Shown here piece after piece: positions 41,841-53,061 of a stretch of 64,000 bases of DNA. A program made the translations under genes and the position numbers. This stretch comes from a bacterium (GTDB taxonomy: Bacteria > UBP6 > JAFGXH01). The notes under the pieces were generated by a model. That model worked only from the letters and a program-made list of their open reading frames with translations, ran no database searches and was not told the origin of the DNA. Location of the stretch: assembly GCA_016936735.1 (NCBI GenBank), contig JAFGXH010000321.1, forward strand, positions 7,221 to 71,220, read 5' to 3'. How positions within the stretch are numbered: the first letter of the stretch is position 1; each line of letters opens with the position of its first letter.

Positions 41841-42410
41841 TTAATCACGCCACAATTCAACATCACTTAGCTCGAGTTCTACTGGTGTTTCACGACCAAA
41901 GATATTAATACTTACTCTTAATTTGCCATTACGAATATCATCAATAATCGCAGGAAAATTAACAAATGGTCCATTAATAACTTTAACTTGATCACCAACA
42001 GCAAAACTCTCTTTAGGCTTAGCTGATTTAGCGGCTCCCTCTTTTTGTTGATTCATAATATGTGCCACCTCTGCATTTGAGAGTGGCTGAGGTTTATTTT
42101 TACTACCCACGAAGTAGGTTACTTTTGGTACACTTTTTACTAAAGACCATGTTGTGTCATTTAATACCATCTGAATAAGAACATATCCAGGATAGAATTT
42201 TCTTTCAGAAACTCTTGTAGAGTCTTTTCCAGCACCAATAACACGTTCAACAGGAATCATTATCTCACCGAAATACTCTTGAAGACTATTTTTGATAATC
42301 ATATCCTCCAAAGATTTTTTTACACTTTTCTCAAATTGAGAGTATGTATGTACAATGTACCACTTCATCTCTGGGTTTTTGGCCTTATCTTCTGTAGTAT
42401 ATTCAGTCAT
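41841..42410 (-). CDS. nusG: Transcription termination/antitermination factor NusG
   Basis: KWYIVHTYSQFEKSVKKSLE is the NGN domain. The C-terminal KOW has FAVGDQVKVINGPFVNFPAIIDDI. It lies upstream of rplK. Confidence 0.9.
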   Translation of the reverse strand: MTEYTTEDKAKNPEMKWYIVHTYSQFEKSVKKSLEDMIIKNSLQEYFGEIMIPVERVIGAGKDSTRVSERKFYPGYVLIQMVLNDTTWSLVKSVPKVTYFVGSKNKPQPLSNAEVAHIMNQQKEGAAKSAKPKESFAVGDQVKVINGPFVNFPAIIDDIRNGKLRVSINIFGRETPVELELSDVELWRD

Positions 42411-42736
42411 AATTTCTCCTCAGAACTAAAGAGTCCATATAATAAGCGTTAGAAGATATCATAAAACGAACTATTTTTCAAGAGAAAAAACTATTTTATA
42501 TACGATTATTCTTCAATTCTGGAATTTAAAAATCTAAATAGTAATTATTATAATATCATTTTTAAAATTAATTCCACACATTATATTTTTATTATTTATA
42601 AAAAAAATAGAAAACAGTTTCATCTTCTTATTTAAGCTGATTTAATATTACTATAAAATATTATTTTTGAATTTTAATATAGTAAAATAAAGATATTTGT
42701 AAAAATAGATTTTATCTCTTTAATAAAACGAATTAT

Positions 42737-45361
42737 TTGATTTATTACTCTTTTAATGTTACTCTTATAATAACTATTTTAATGACTGAAAGTATGGTAC
42801 TTTTTATAAAAAATAGCTTAAAATTCACTTATAAAATATTAAACAAATTGGATTTTAAGTTATTCTTTGTGTTTTTATATCTCATATCTGAAACAATTTT
42901 TTCAACAACAATATTAACACAACAGGAAAAAGATTGGTTAAATATCAATAAAAACTCAATTAATCTATATTTTGAAACAAATTTTCCACCAATTGAGTTT
43001 CTTTCTGATAAAAAAGAGTTTGATGGAATGAGTTCTGATATAATGAAAATTATAGAAAAAAAACTTAATATTAAACTTCAAAAAAAATATTCAGATAATT
43101 GGAGTATTGTTTTAGACTCTTTAAAGTCAGGAGAGGCATCTATTCTCCCAAGCATTACAAAAACAACAGAACGAGAGGATTATAGTTTTTTTACAACTCC
43201 ATATATATCTATACCTATTGTTCTTATTACAACAACAAAAAATAACACTCTAAATAGCTTTATAAAACTATCAGGTAAAAAAGTTGGAGTTGTATTAAAT
43301 TATTCCACAGAAAAATATCTTAAAGATAAAGGGATATTAAATAATTTTGAGGTTATTTCAGTAAAAAATATCTCTGAGGGGTTAATAAAATTATCTGCAG
43401 GTGAATATGATGCCTTTGTAGAAAACATAGCTACAGCATCATATTACATTGAAAAACTTAATTTACCAAATTTAAGTATTGTTTCTGAAGTAGATTTTTC
43501 TTTTCAACTTACAATTGGTATTAGTAGAAAATATCCTTTACTATATAGTATCATTCAAAAAACACTTGACTCTATCTCAAATGAAGAGATTGAGAAAATA
43601 AGAAAAAAATGGATTCCATTAGAGTTAAATATAGGATTATCTTCAGAAATGATATTTTTTATAAAAATATCAACTGGATTTTTTGTAATATTGATAATAT
43701 CTCTTATATCCATATCAATTATTTTAAAAAAAAGATTAAATTTGAAAATAAAAGATTTAAAAGAGGGTGAAGAGTTTAGAGAGAGAGTTTTTGAGAGTTC
43801 AAGAGTTCCAATTATTATCATGGATTCATTTAATTTTCAATATATTGATTGTAATCAAGCTGCTATTAATATCTATGGTTTTAAGGATAAAAATGAACTT
43901 ATTGGAAAAACTCCACTTGATGTATCAACATTAATTCAATGTAATGGAGAAAGTTCTGAGAAAGCATCTAAATATTATATTGATTATGCTATAAAAAATG
44001 AATCAATAATATTTGAATGGAGGCATCAGAGAGCTAATGGTGAGATTTGGGATGCTGAGGTTCATCTTTTATCTTTTACTCTTAGAGATACTAAATTACT
44101 CCAATTCTCTTTAATTGATATAACTCAAAGAAAAAAAGCAGAGGCAGAAAAAGAGAGACTTCAAACTCAATTGTCTCAGGCACAAAAAATGGAGTCTATT
44201 GGGAGACTTGCTGGAGGAATTGCTCATGACTTTAACAACATGTTGAGTGTAATATTGGGGTATAGTGATATTATTATAGAACAAACAAAAGATAACAAAG
44301 ATATTTTAAATAATATAAATGAGATTAAAAAAGCTGCTCAACGCTCAATAGAACTAACACAACAACTACTTGCTTTTGCAAGAAAACAGGTTATCACACC
44401 TAAAATACTAAATATCAATAATGCAATTGAGAACCTACTAAACATGTTAAGAAGAGTAATTGGAGAGAATATAAAACTCTGTTGGATACCAAATAATAAC
44501 ATAAAAAATGTAAAAATGGATCCAACTCAATTAGATCAAATTTTAACCAATTTATGTATCAACTCAAAAGATGCTATATTAAAAAATGATGGAATCATAA
44601 CAATATCAACAGATTTAGTTGAATTCACAAAAGAGTTTTGTGAAAAAAATATAAAATTCTCTATTGGAGAGTATGTAAAAATATCTGTTTCAGATAATGG
44701 TTCTGGTATTGATGAAGAGGTTTTAGGAAAAATATTTGAACCCTTTTTTACAACAAAAGAGATTGGAAAAGGGACAGGATTAGGTCTTTCAACAGTCTAT
44801 GGAATTGTAAAACAGAATGGTGGATTTATTGATATAACAACTCAAATTGGAGTAGGAACAGTTTTTTGCATCTATCTACCTATAGATGATCAAAATATTA
44901 ATACAGAAAAGATTTTAGAAACAAATATAACAATAAAACAGGAATCACAAGAGAATAAAAATATCACCATTTTATTGGTTGAAGATGAGCCTCTTATATT
45001 AAAAATAACATCAAAAATGCTAAAAAAATTTGGTTATAATGTGATATCAACCGCTAGTTCCCTTAAAGCAGTAGAGATTGTAAATAGTTATAAAAATAAA
45101 CAACAAAATAGTGATAATTCAGCAGATTTATTGGAGTTCCATAGTAAAATTGACTTTCTTATAACAGATGTCATAATGCCTGAACTTAATGGTTATGAGT
45201 TATCACAAAAAATAAAACAGATTGCACCAGAAGTAAAATCAATATTTATTTCTGGATACACTGCTGATATTATTGAATTTGATAAAATATCAAACTCAGT
45301 TTTTCTTCAAAAACCATTTACAATTCAAGAGCTTATATCAAAAATAGAGGAGAATTTATAA
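42737..45361 (+). CDS. Hybrid sensor histidine kinase with a periplasmic solute-binding-protein (SBP_bac_3-like) domain, a PAS domain, HisKA/HATPase and a C-terminal receiver
   Basis: The periplasmic region resembles amino-acid-binding proteins and is followed by a TM helix. The H-box is IAHDFNNMLSVILGY. The G-boxes are DNGSGID and GTGLGLS. The receiver has LLVEDEP...LITDVIMPELNGYEL. The true start may be the in-frame ATG at 42782. Confidence 0.85.
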   Translation: MIYYSFNVTLIITILMTESMVLFIKNSLKFTYKILNKLDFKLFFVFLYLISETIFSTTILTQQEKDWLNINKNSINLYFETNFPPIEFLSDKKEFDGMSSDIMKIIEKKLNIKLQKKYSDNWSIVLDSLKSGEASILPSITKTTEREDYSFFTTPYISIPIVLITTTKNNTLNSFIKLSGKKVGVVLNYSTEKYLKDKGILNNFEVISVKNISEGLIKLSAGEYDAFVENIATASYYIEKLNLPNLSIVSEVDFSFQLTIGISRKYPLLYSIIQKTLDSISNEEIEKIRKKWIPLELNIGLSSEMIFFIKISTGFFVILIISLISISIILKKRLNLKIKDLKEGEEFRERVFESSRVPIIIMDSFNFQYIDCNQAAINIYGFKDKNELIGKTPLDVSTLIQCNGESSEKASKYYIDYAIKNESIIFEWRHQRANGEIWDAEVHLLSFTLRDTKLLQFSLIDITQRKKAEAEKERLQTQLSQAQKMESIGRLAGGIAHDFNNMLSVILGYSDIIIEQTKDNKDILNNINEIKKAAQRSIELTQQLLAFARKQVITPKILNINNAIENLLNMLRRVIGENIKLCWIPNNNIKNVKMDPTQLDQILTNLCINSKDAILKNDGIITISTDLVEFTKEFCEKNIKFSIGEYVKISVSDNGSGIDEEVLGKIFEPFFTTKEIGKGTGLGLSTVYGIVKQNGGFIDITTQIGVGTVFCIYLPIDDQNINTEKILETNITIKQESQENKNITILLVEDEPLILKITSKMLKKFGYNVISTASSLKAVEIVNSYKNKQQNSDNSADLLEFHSKIDFLITDVIMPELNGYELSQKIKQIAPEVKSIFISGYTADIIEFDKISNSVFLQKPFTIQELISKIEENL

Positions 45362-45362
45362 G

Positions 45363-45830
45363 CTATTTACTAATTGATATTGCCTGTGTTGCCATTTTTT
45401 TTATAGCATCAATAACAGATACATTTGCCTCATAAGATCTGGATGTTGATATTAAATCTACCATCTCCATAACAGGATCAATATCTGGATAAGATACATA
45501 ACCATCGGCATTAGCATCTGGATGAGATGGCTCATATACAACTCTAACTCTATCACTTGACTCTATTGAGTCAATTTTTACAGTTGAAACTTTATCATGA
45601 AAATTTTCATCCTCATCCTCCATTTTAATCTCCATTGAATCCTCGTTTTCAGATTCAAATATCTCTTCAAGTGGCTGTGATTCAAAAACAGGTGATTTTT
45701 TCCTAAAAGCTCCCCCCTCTGCAGTTCTTGTTGTGTTCACATTTGCTAAATTACTTGCAACAGTATTCAGGCGGGTTCTTTGTGAGGATAATCCATCATA
45801 TGATACTCTAAAAGCTGTAAAAAGATCCAT
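45363..45830 (-). CDS. flgC: Flagellar basal-body rod protein FlgC
   Basis: MDLFTAFRVSYDGLSSQRTRLNTVASNLANVNTTRT and the C-terminal MVDLISTSRSYEANVSVIDAIKKM are FlgC signatures. It has an acidic internal insert. Confidence 0.9.
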   Translation of the reverse strand: MDLFTAFRVSYDGLSSQRTRLNTVASNLANVNTTRTAEGGAFRKKSPVFESQPLEEIFESENEDSMEIKMEDEDENFHDKVSTVKIDSIESSDRVRVVYEPSHPDANADGYVSYPDIDPVMEMVDLISTSRSYEANVSVIDAIKKMATQAISISK

Positions 45831-45926
45831 TTTAACCTCCTGAAAATCTATATAAAAACTATTTTTCTTTTAAATAAAGAAAAAAACATATAAAAACTAT
45901 TTTTTTAATAAAGAAACATATCTATA

Positions 45927-46349
45927 TCATCTATTACCATCACTTGCAGCATATTTTAAAAGAGCAAGTTTTTTGCTCATAACAGTTGTTTGAGCATTAT
46001 ATAGTATTGAGTTCATTGAGAGTTTTGACATCTCTCTATCAATATCAACACTATTTTTATCATTATTAGGTGATATAGATGGGTCAAAAAAAAGCTCTCC
46101 CTCTTTATTTTCTTTTATATCATCATTAGAGATATGAGTTTCAGATGTCTGCTTAAATTCAACATTATCAATAGAATTAACATCTTTATTAAGAGTCTCT
46201 TTTAATTGCTCTTCAAAGGATATATCCATTGGAGTATATCCAGGAGTATCACTATTTGCAACATTTGCAGCTAAAATATTCTCTCTTTTTACTCTCATTG
46301 AGAGTGATTGCTCAGTTACATCAAGTAAATTTTCAAAAATCCTACTCAT
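45927..46349 (-). CDS. flgB: Flagellar basal-body rod protein FlgB
   Basis: SLSMRVKRENILAANVANSDTPGYTPMDISFEE is the FlgB N-terminal rod motif. The C-terminal part is LALLKY.... Confidence 0.9.
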   Translation of the reverse strand: MSRIFENLLDVTEQSLSMRVKRENILAANVANSDTPGYTPMDISFEEQLKETLNKDVNSIDNVEFKQTSETHISNDDIKENKEGELFFDPSISPNNDKNSVDIDREMSKLSMNSILYNAQTTVMSKKLALLKYAASDGNR

Positions 46350-46357
46350 AATACCCC

Positions 46358-48781
46358 CTATTTTTTCTCTATCTCTATCTCATTTAATTTTTTTAAATTT
46401 TCACGATATCTCATAGATGAAAGAGTTTTTTTTGATAACTCATTCCAAAAAAAATCTCCCTCCTCCTTTGATAAACTCTCTAAAATTTTTTCACCCTTAT
46501 CAAAATCATCAGAATATATATATGCATTTCCTAATCGATATCTTGCCTCAAAATTTTTTTCAGATACCTCATTAACTTTTGTTAAATAGTTTGTAAAACC
46601 AGAGATTGCTTTTGGATAATCTTTTATAAAATAGTACATTTGTGCTATTTTAAATAGTGTATCATTATACTCTTTTGTTTTTGGGGTATATAAATCTAAT
46701 AACTCTCTATATATGCTTAAGGCGGGAGAGTAGGCTCTTTTTTTCGAATAAAATCTACTCATAATTTTAAGAATTGCAATTTTATCTTTTTTAGGAATAT
46801 CTTTAAACTCCATTGCTTTATCAAAAAATCGAAATCCTGTTTTTATACTATTTTGATAAAACCAAAAGTATCCATAAAAAAGTGGATATCTATAGTTATT
46901 TTTTACCTCTTTATTTCTAAAAACAAGATACTCTAAAGCCTGCTTTGATTTATAATAATTTTTTAATTTAAGATATGACCATCCTAAATAATAGACAAAA
47001 TTAAACTCAAAAGGTATTCTTTTAGCTGTTTTCAAAACAAAATCAACAGCAGTTGTAATCTCTTTATACTGCTCTAAATTCAAAAGAGACTCTATTATCA
47101 TATATATAAGGCTATAATACTCTGGATGTTCTGATATTAATTCACCTCTATCTTTATATATTTGTGCAATATCTATATAGTTTTTTTCACTAAAAAAACT
47201 ATAATAGATTCCATAAATAATTCTATTCATCATCTCTGTTGCTGTTTTTTTCAGAGATGTATTTGGATACTCCTGTAAAAGATATTTTAACTCAAAATAT
47301 GCCTCTAAATACTCTCCTCTGTAAAAATGAAGTTGAGCCTTTCTAAAAAGAGTCTCTTGAAGTAGAACAGGCTCTTTTGCAGAGTATTTCATCTCATTAA
47401 AAATCTGAAGCATTGTAGATATATCCCCACCTTTTAACTCTAATAATCTAATTCTTGCAAGAGAAGAGCCCAAATCATCTCCCTGAAAAGCCTTCTCCTC
47501 TTTTAAAAAATAGTCTATTGCCTCTGAATACTTAAATTGATAAAGAAGAGTATCTGCAATTCTCATTTTTAGATATGTTTGTAGAAATCTATTTGCTGTT
47601 TTTAAAATTACATTATCATAGATCTCCTTTGCAGCTTCAAAACTCTTGCTATAAAATAGAGTATCTGCATAAGATGTCATTAATAAAGGATATTTTTCAA
47701 AAAGTTCTGGAAATCTTATTTTGTATGTTGAGATTGTATTATATGCTAATGGTAAATCATTCTCTTCAAAATAGTATCGATATAATTTATAAATAGAGTA
47801 GAATTTTAACTCTAAATCTTTTGTATAGGCAATAATTTGAGTCATTTTTTTCTGGAAATCTATTTTATTCCCATTTTGTAAATCAATAAGAGCATTTGCA
47901 TATAGAAATGGATAATAATATATTGAATTTGCATAAAGAGTTATGGCTTTTTCTAAAATAACACTTACATCTGAAAGAGCATCTAATGAGAGATAACATT
48001 TATAAATAAAAACTGTTGCTCTATCATTATATGGATGCTCTCTATTATTTTCAATAAGAGACTTAAATTTTAAAGAGGAATCAATACAAGAGGCATTTTG
48101 ATCAAAAGACAGGTAAAAATCTATTTCAGTTTCAAGATATCTTAACATTAATTCACTCTCTTTTGTTAACTCTTTTCTTAATAGATATCTTACAACCTCT
48201 TTTGCATCTAAATATCTATTCTCTTCATACAACTTAATAAGATAATTATAGCTTTGAGCAACTTGATGAGTTGAGATAATTGGAGAAAGTTTTAATTTAT
48301 CAATATGAATTTGATAAGGCTCTGTTTCAAAAATATATGGAACAAAAACAAGATTATGACTTGTTTTTAATGGAATTATTTTCCTTCCTCTTCCTATTGA
48401 TAATGTAAATTGATTATTCTCTATTTTATAATCATAAAAAAAATTATAAAGAATTGTAGATATCTCATACTCTGTAGTATTTCTATTTTTACCTATCTGT
48501 TTTATAGAATCCAAATGATTATCCTGATAAGCCAATAGTTTCTCTTCAAAATCTATTGGTGGATTAGTAATTTTTAAATATATTTTCCTTTTATAATAGT
48601 TTTCAGAAACCTCTATTTTTGTTATTGGAGTAATCTCAATTCTAATTTTTGTCAAATGATCAAAAATCTCAACATCAGTTAAAGCTTGGATATTAATCCA
48701 AAAAAAACATAAAAATAGAAAAAATATGAAAATTCTCATAATTACCATAAAAAAACTAAAAATCTCTTTTTTATAAAACAA
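46358..48781 (-). CDS. Large TPR-repeat protein with an N-terminal membrane anchor or signal peptide, co-directional and 8 nt upstream of flgB
   Basis: It has a hydrophobic N-terminus (IFIFFLFLCFFWINIQAL) and many TPR-like helices throughout the 807 aa. The size and architecture recall PflA-type flagellar motor accessory proteins. That link is an inference only. Confidence 0.5.
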   Translation of the reverse strand: MFYKKEIFSFFMVIMRIFIFFLFLCFFWINIQALTDVEIFDHLTKIRIEITPITKIEVSENYYKRKIYLKITNPPIDFEEKLLAYQDNHLDSIKQIGKNRNTTEYEISTILYNFFYDYKIENNQFTLSIGRGRKIIPLKTSHNLVFVPYIFETEPYQIHIDKLKLSPIISTHQVAQSYNYLIKLYEENRYLDAKEVVRYLLRKELTKESELMLRYLETEIDFYLSFDQNASCIDSSLKFKSLIENNREHPYNDRATVFIYKCYLSLDALSDVSVILEKAITLYANSIYYYPFLYANALIDLQNGNKIDFQKKMTQIIAYTKDLELKFYSIYKLYRYYFEENDLPLAYNTISTYKIRFPELFEKYPLLMTSYADTLFYSKSFEAAKEIYDNVILKTANRFLQTYLKMRIADTLLYQFKYSEAIDYFLKEEKAFQGDDLGSSLARIRLLELKGGDISTMLQIFNEMKYSAKEPVLLQETLFRKAQLHFYRGEYLEAYFELKYLLQEYPNTSLKKTATEMMNRIIYGIYYSFFSEKNYIDIAQIYKDRGELISEHPEYYSLIYMIIESLLNLEQYKEITTAVDFVLKTAKRIPFEFNFVYYLGWSYLKLKNYYKSKQALEYLVFRNKEVKNNYRYPLFYGYFWFYQNSIKTGFRFFDKAMEFKDIPKKDKIAILKIMSRFYSKKRAYSPALSIYRELLDLYTPKTKEYNDTLFKIAQMYYFIKDYPKAISGFTNYLTKVNEVSEKNFEARYRLGNAYIYSDDFDKGEKILESLSKEEGDFFWNELSKKTLSSMRYRENLKKLNEIEIEKK

Positions 48782-48903
48782 TAATCAATAACAAAAAATA
48801 GAGACTCTATTTTTTAGATTTTATAGCATTTTTTTTTCCTAATCAATGATTTTATTAATGGTTTTTATTGATATTTGATTTCCAACAGCTTGACAATGTC
48901 AAA

Positions 48904-50610
48904 TTATTGATTAAAAAATGGGGTAAGAACTTTTGCTCTACTTTTATGACGAAGTTTTTCAATTGCTTTAAACTCAATCTGACGAATACGTTCACGAGTA
49001 ACATTAAAATCACGACCCACCTCTTCAAGTGTGTGGTCTGTTCTTTCTCCAATTCCAAAACGCATTCTTAAAACCTGCTCCTCTCTTGGGGATAGAGAGC
49101 TTAAAACTTTTCTGATTTGAGCCTCTAAATCATTTTTGAGAACAACATCAAATGGAGATTTGATTTTTTTGTCCTCAATAAAATCACCAAGATGGGAATC
49201 ATCATCATCACTAATAGGTGTTTCTAAAGAGATAGGCTCTTTTGATATTTTCATAACTTTTCGAACTTTCTCTGGAGTAATAGACATTTTACCAGCAATC
49301 TCATCAGCAGTTGCCTCTCTTCCATTATCTTGAAACAGATTTCTAGAAACTCTTGCAAGTTTATTTATTGTCTCAATCATATGAACAGGAATTCTGATTG
49401 TTCTAGCCTGATCTGCAATGGCTCTTGTGATAGCTTGACGAATCCACCAAGTTGCATAAGTTGAAAATTTAAAGCCTCTTCTATACTCAAATTTATCAAC
49501 CGCTTTCATCAAACCAATATTTCCCTCTTGAACAAGATCAAGAAACTGAAGACCACGATTTGTATATTTTTTAGCAATAGAGACAACTAATCTTAAATTT
49601 GCCTCTACAAGCTCCTGTTTAGCACCATCAGTAATAGATTCACTCTCTTCAACTTCATGATAAAGCTCCTCAAGTCTTTCAAGATTCATTCCTGCTTCAA
49701 GCATAATTCTTTCAAGACGAATATGAGCCATATTTATAATTTTTGCAAATTTTAGAATCTGATGCATCTGTTCAAGATAGCTTAAATCTATATCATCATC
49801 CTCTCTTTCTCTTACAACCTGTTCATACTCAACAGCTTTGGTTAATAGTTGTCCCTCTTTTTCATTAAGAGTTAACTCTCTCCATTCACCTTTATCTGTT
49901 TTAATCTGTTTAAATTTAAGATTATCAAAAATAGTACAGATATCATTTTTTGCATAATCCATTCTTGTTTTCAGTTTTTTAACCTTAGCAATCATTCTTT
50001 TTATTGTGCTTTTTGAGAATTTCATATCAACAAAAGAGCGAAGCATTTCATAATAGCACTCATCAATGCTTTTTTTAATTTCGGGATGTTTAGCAGATGC
50101 AACTTTACCTTTTTTTTCTAAAAGTTTCTGTTTTGTTTTTACTGTTTTATAAAGTTCAAAAAAGTTAGCAACAAAATCAAAAACCTCTTTATTTTTAACC
50201 TCAGTATCAACATTTGCAATATCAACATCTTCACACTCAAGAAGAATATTTTTAACTGTTAATTTGTTTTTACGAAGTTTATCAACAATGATGTTGAGCT
50301 CTTGCATAATAATATCTGTTTTAAGGAGAGCTTTTATAATATTAATCTCCCCCTCCTCTATCTTTTTTGCAATCTCAATCTCTTGTTCTTTAGTAAGAAG
50401 CTCAATATCTCCCATTTTTTTCAAATACTGTCGTATAGGATCTGAAGCTTTTACATATTGAGAATCATCCAGAATAATACTCTTTGCATCAAGAATATCC
50501 TCATCTGTTGTCGTTTTCTTTTTCTGATTTTGTTGAGGAGTTTTACTTTTTTTTAAGGCAATAACAGATTGTATCTCCTTAGCATGTTTTAATCGTTGGT
50601 TTTCCATCAA
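48904..50610 (-). CDS. rpoD: RNA polymerase sigma-70 factor RpoD
   Basis: Region 2 has [54 protein letters not shown]. Region 4 has [18 protein letters not shown]. It overlaps the dnaG stop by 4 nt. Confidence 0.95.
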   Translation of the reverse strand: MMENQRLKHAKEIQSVIALKKSKTPQQNQKKKTTTDEDILDAKSIILDDSQYVKASDPIRQYLKKMGDIELLTKEQEIEIAKKIEEGEINIIKALLKTDIIMQELNIIVDKLRKNKLTVKNILLECEDVDIANVDTEVKNKEVFDFVANFFELYKTVKTKQKLLEKKGKVASAKHPEIKKSIDECYYEMLRSFVDMKFSKSTIKRMIAKVKKLKTRMDYAKNDICTIFDNLKFKQIKTDKGEWRELTLNEKEGQLLTKAVEYEQVVREREDDDIDLSYLEQMHQILKFAKIINMAHIRLERIMLEAGMNLERLEELYHEVEESESITDGAKQELVEANLRLVVSIAKKYTNRGLQFLDLVQEGNIGLMKAVDKFEYRRGFKFSTYATWWIRQAITRAIADQARTIRIPVHMIETINKLARVSRNLFQDNGREATADEIAGKMSITPEKVRKVMKISKEPISLETPISDDDDSHLGDFIEDKKIKSPFDVVLKNDLEAQIRKVLSSLSPREEQVLRMRFGIGERTDHTLEEVGRDFNVTRERIRQIEFKAIEKLRHKSRAKVLTPFFNQ

Positions 50611-52445
50611 TCCCCCGAAATATTTCCTTGTGTGGCTTTTCTTATATTATCTATCTGTTTTTTCAATAAAAATATCTCATAAGTTTTATCATTTTTTATA
50701 TCTTTCATTCCCTCTGGATCAAGTGAAAGATACTCACTTTCCAACTCTATGATTTCTTGAGTTAAAAATTCAATTTTTTCCTGTATATATAGTACTTTTA
50801 AATTTTTTATATAATCATTTATCTCTATAATCTCTTTTTTTTCATCACTTTCTGGCAAATCATCTATTTTTGACTTTATGTAGTTTATCTGTTGAAGAGT
50901 CAACTCATTAGTCTGTTGATTTATAAAAAAATCGGTAGAAAAAAATTGATTTGTTTGAACAGACTCAAATAATTCATTTAATATGTATTGAAATCTCTCA
51001 TTCTTAATAGCAGAGATATACTCTCTTTTAAGAAGAGATGAGTATTTTAAAAATATACATAATAATCTTATTTCATACTCTTTAATTTTTTTCCCAATAT
51101 GAGAGAGTTTATTTTCTAAACCTTTTGTTGTTGCTATTTGAACAACTGTTTCGCCATTTTTTTGTTGTAAAGATACTCTTTTCTTGTCTAAATAGACCTC
51201 TCTAAGTGCATTAATAGATATACCAAGTTTAGAGGCTGTTTTTTTTAGTATAAATTCAACTGTTAAGGGATCTGTTATCTCTAATAATAGCTCTATAATG
51301 GTTCTTGATATCTCTAGTTCATCAACACCTTTAGATTTATGATATGATATAACATAATCTAAAATCTCCTTTTTATGCTGTGTTATATATGTTAAAAAAT
51401 CATCTTTACCAAAATGATTAATATATGTATCTGGATCATGTTCAACAGGTAATGTTAATACAAATGAGTTAAAATTTAATTTAAGAGCAAGTGGTGCAAC
51501 TTTCATTGCAGCTCCTCTACCAGCCTCATCACCATCAAAACAGAATATCACTGAATTTGCATATCTTTTTAAAAGAGATAATTGATGCTCTGTAACAGCT
51601 GTTCCACAAGGAGCAACAACATTCTCTATTCCATGTTTATAAAGAGAGATAACATCTAAATATCCCTCAACAACAATAGCCTCTTTTCTCTCTAAAATAG
51701 CCTGTTTACCATGAAAAAGACCATAAAGAATTCTACTTTTATTATATAAAAGACTATCTGATGAATTTAAATATTTTGGAATGCCATCTTTTTGAGATAG
51801 TGCCCTTCCTCCAAAACCAGTAAGGTTTCCTAATTCATCATAAATAGGAAACATAATCCTATCTCTGAATTTATCAATTGGTGAACCATTTTGAGCAATT
51901 TTTATCAAACCTAAATCAATAAGAGTTTTATCTGAATATGAGCTGTTTTTTAAATAAGAATATAATATAGCAAAACCATCTGGAGCATAACCAATAGAGA
52001 ATGTTTTTATCATAGTTTTAGTTAATTTTCGCTTATTAATAAAATACTCTAGTTTTAAAAAATTTTTATTTAGTTGCTCTTTAAAAAAACTCATTGCCTT
52101 TAAATTAATAGAGGCCATTCTTTTTTTATCATCCTCTTCAGGTTGCTCCTCTTTTGTAAGGGCAATATGGTATCTCTCAGCTAAATACTCTAAAGTTTGA
52201 ACAAAATCAAACTTTTCATACTCCATAAGAAAACCAATAACATCTCCCCCTTTTCCACAACCAAAACATTTATATATATTTTTTTCTGGATTAACAACAA
52301 ATGAGGGTGTCTTCTCTTGGTGGAAGGGACATCTTCCTTTGAATAGAGAACCTGCTTTTTTTAAAGGAACTCTTTCAGAAATAATATCAATTATATTTGC
52401 AATAGAGAGTATTTCTGTTTTACTCTCATCTCTATATTTTGCCAA
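50607..52445 (-). CDS. dnaG: DNA primase DnaG
   Basis: The zinc finger is [34 protein letters not shown]. The TOPRIM domain has EGYLDVISL and DGDEAG. Confidence 0.95.
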   Translation of the reverse strand: MAKYRDESKTEILSIANIIDIISERVPLKKAGSLFKGRCPFHQEKTPSFVVNPEKNIYKCFGCGKGGDVIGFLMEYEKFDFVQTLEYLAERYHIALTKEEQPEEDDKKRMASINLKAMSFFKEQLNKNFLKLEYFINKRKLTKTMIKTFSIGYAPDGFAILYSYLKNSSYSDKTLIDLGLIKIAQNGSPIDKFRDRIMFPIYDELGNLTGFGGRALSQKDGIPKYLNSSDSLLYNKSRILYGLFHGKQAILERKEAIVVEGYLDVISLYKHGIENVVAPCGTAVTEHQLSLLKRYANSVIFCFDGDEAGRGAAMKVAPLALKLNFNSFVLTLPVEHDPDTYINHFGKDDFLTYITQHKKEILDYVISYHKSKGVDELEISRTIIELLLEITDPLTVEFILKKTASKLGISINALREVYLDKKRVSLQQKNGETVVQIATTKGLENKLSHIGKKIKEYEIRLLCIFLKYSSLLKREYISAIKNERFQYILNELFESVQTNQFFSTDFFINQQTNELTLQQINYIKSKIDDLPESDEKKEIIEINDYIKNLKVLYIQEKIEFLTQEIIELESEYLSLDPEGMKDIKNDKTYEIFLLKKQIDNIRKATQGNISGD

Positions 52446-52450
52446 TTAAA

Positions 52451-52894
52451 TTACGATAATAGTTCTTTTACTAATTTTGAAACTGTTTTGCCATCAGCAC
52501 TTTGACCAACCTCAGCCATCACTGCTTTCATAAGAGTTCCCATCTCTTTTGGAGAGGAGATATTAAGTTCCTCTTTTTTACTAGCAATTAATGTTTTTAG
52601 TTCATCCTCTGTAAGCTGCTTTGGTAGATAAAGCGAAAGGAGTTCAATCTCTTTTAACTCTTGTTCTGCAACATCTGAACGACCACCTTTTATATACTGT
52701 TCAGCAGAGTCTTTTCTTGTTTTAATCATTTTAGCAATCAACTCAAGAATCTCATTATCATCTATCTCTCTAATAAGTTCAACCTCTTTGTATTTGATCT
52801 CAGATTTAACTGCACGAACCACAAGAAGTTTGAGTTGCTCTTTTGACTTCATTGCCTCTTTTAATTCCACTGTAAGACGTTCTTTTAGAGACAC
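52451..52894 (-). CDS. GatB/YqeY-domain protein
   Basis: LKERLTVELKEAMKSKEQLKL...IKTRKDSAEQY is the YqeY family pattern. It is in the classical position upstream of dnaG-rpoD. Confidence 0.8.
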   Translation of the reverse strand: MSLKERLTVELKEAMKSKEQLKLLVVRAVKSEIKYKEVELIREIDDNEILELIAKMIKTRKDSAEQYIKGGRSDVAEQELKEIELLSLYLPKQLTEDELKTLIASKKEELNISSPKEMGTLMKAVMAEVGQSADGKTVSKLVKELLS

Positions 52895-53061
52895 AATCCC
52901 CCCAAAATAGAAATATTCATAATATACAATATATTTTTATTTTGTCAAGCATTTTACAATATTTTCTATTATTTTTCTAATTTTTTAAACTTTTTAATTG
53001 TTTTTTGTTTTATAGATATTAATTTTTGTTATTTTAGCTGGAAAAAACTCTTTTGGGTTTA

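Noticed and set aside
48885-48903. The near-palindrome TTGACAATGTCAA between rpoD and the TPR/flgB operon, as a terminator or operator
   Set aside because: It is AT-rich with no flanking U-tract. It could equally be a -35-like TTGACA by chance. Evidence is insufficient for a call.
52895-53061. Expected rpsU (S21) upstream of yqeY-dnaG-rpoD
   Set aside because: The 167-nt spacer has no ORF of adequate length (S21 needs about 180 nt). rpsU is probably elsewhere, so no feature was called.
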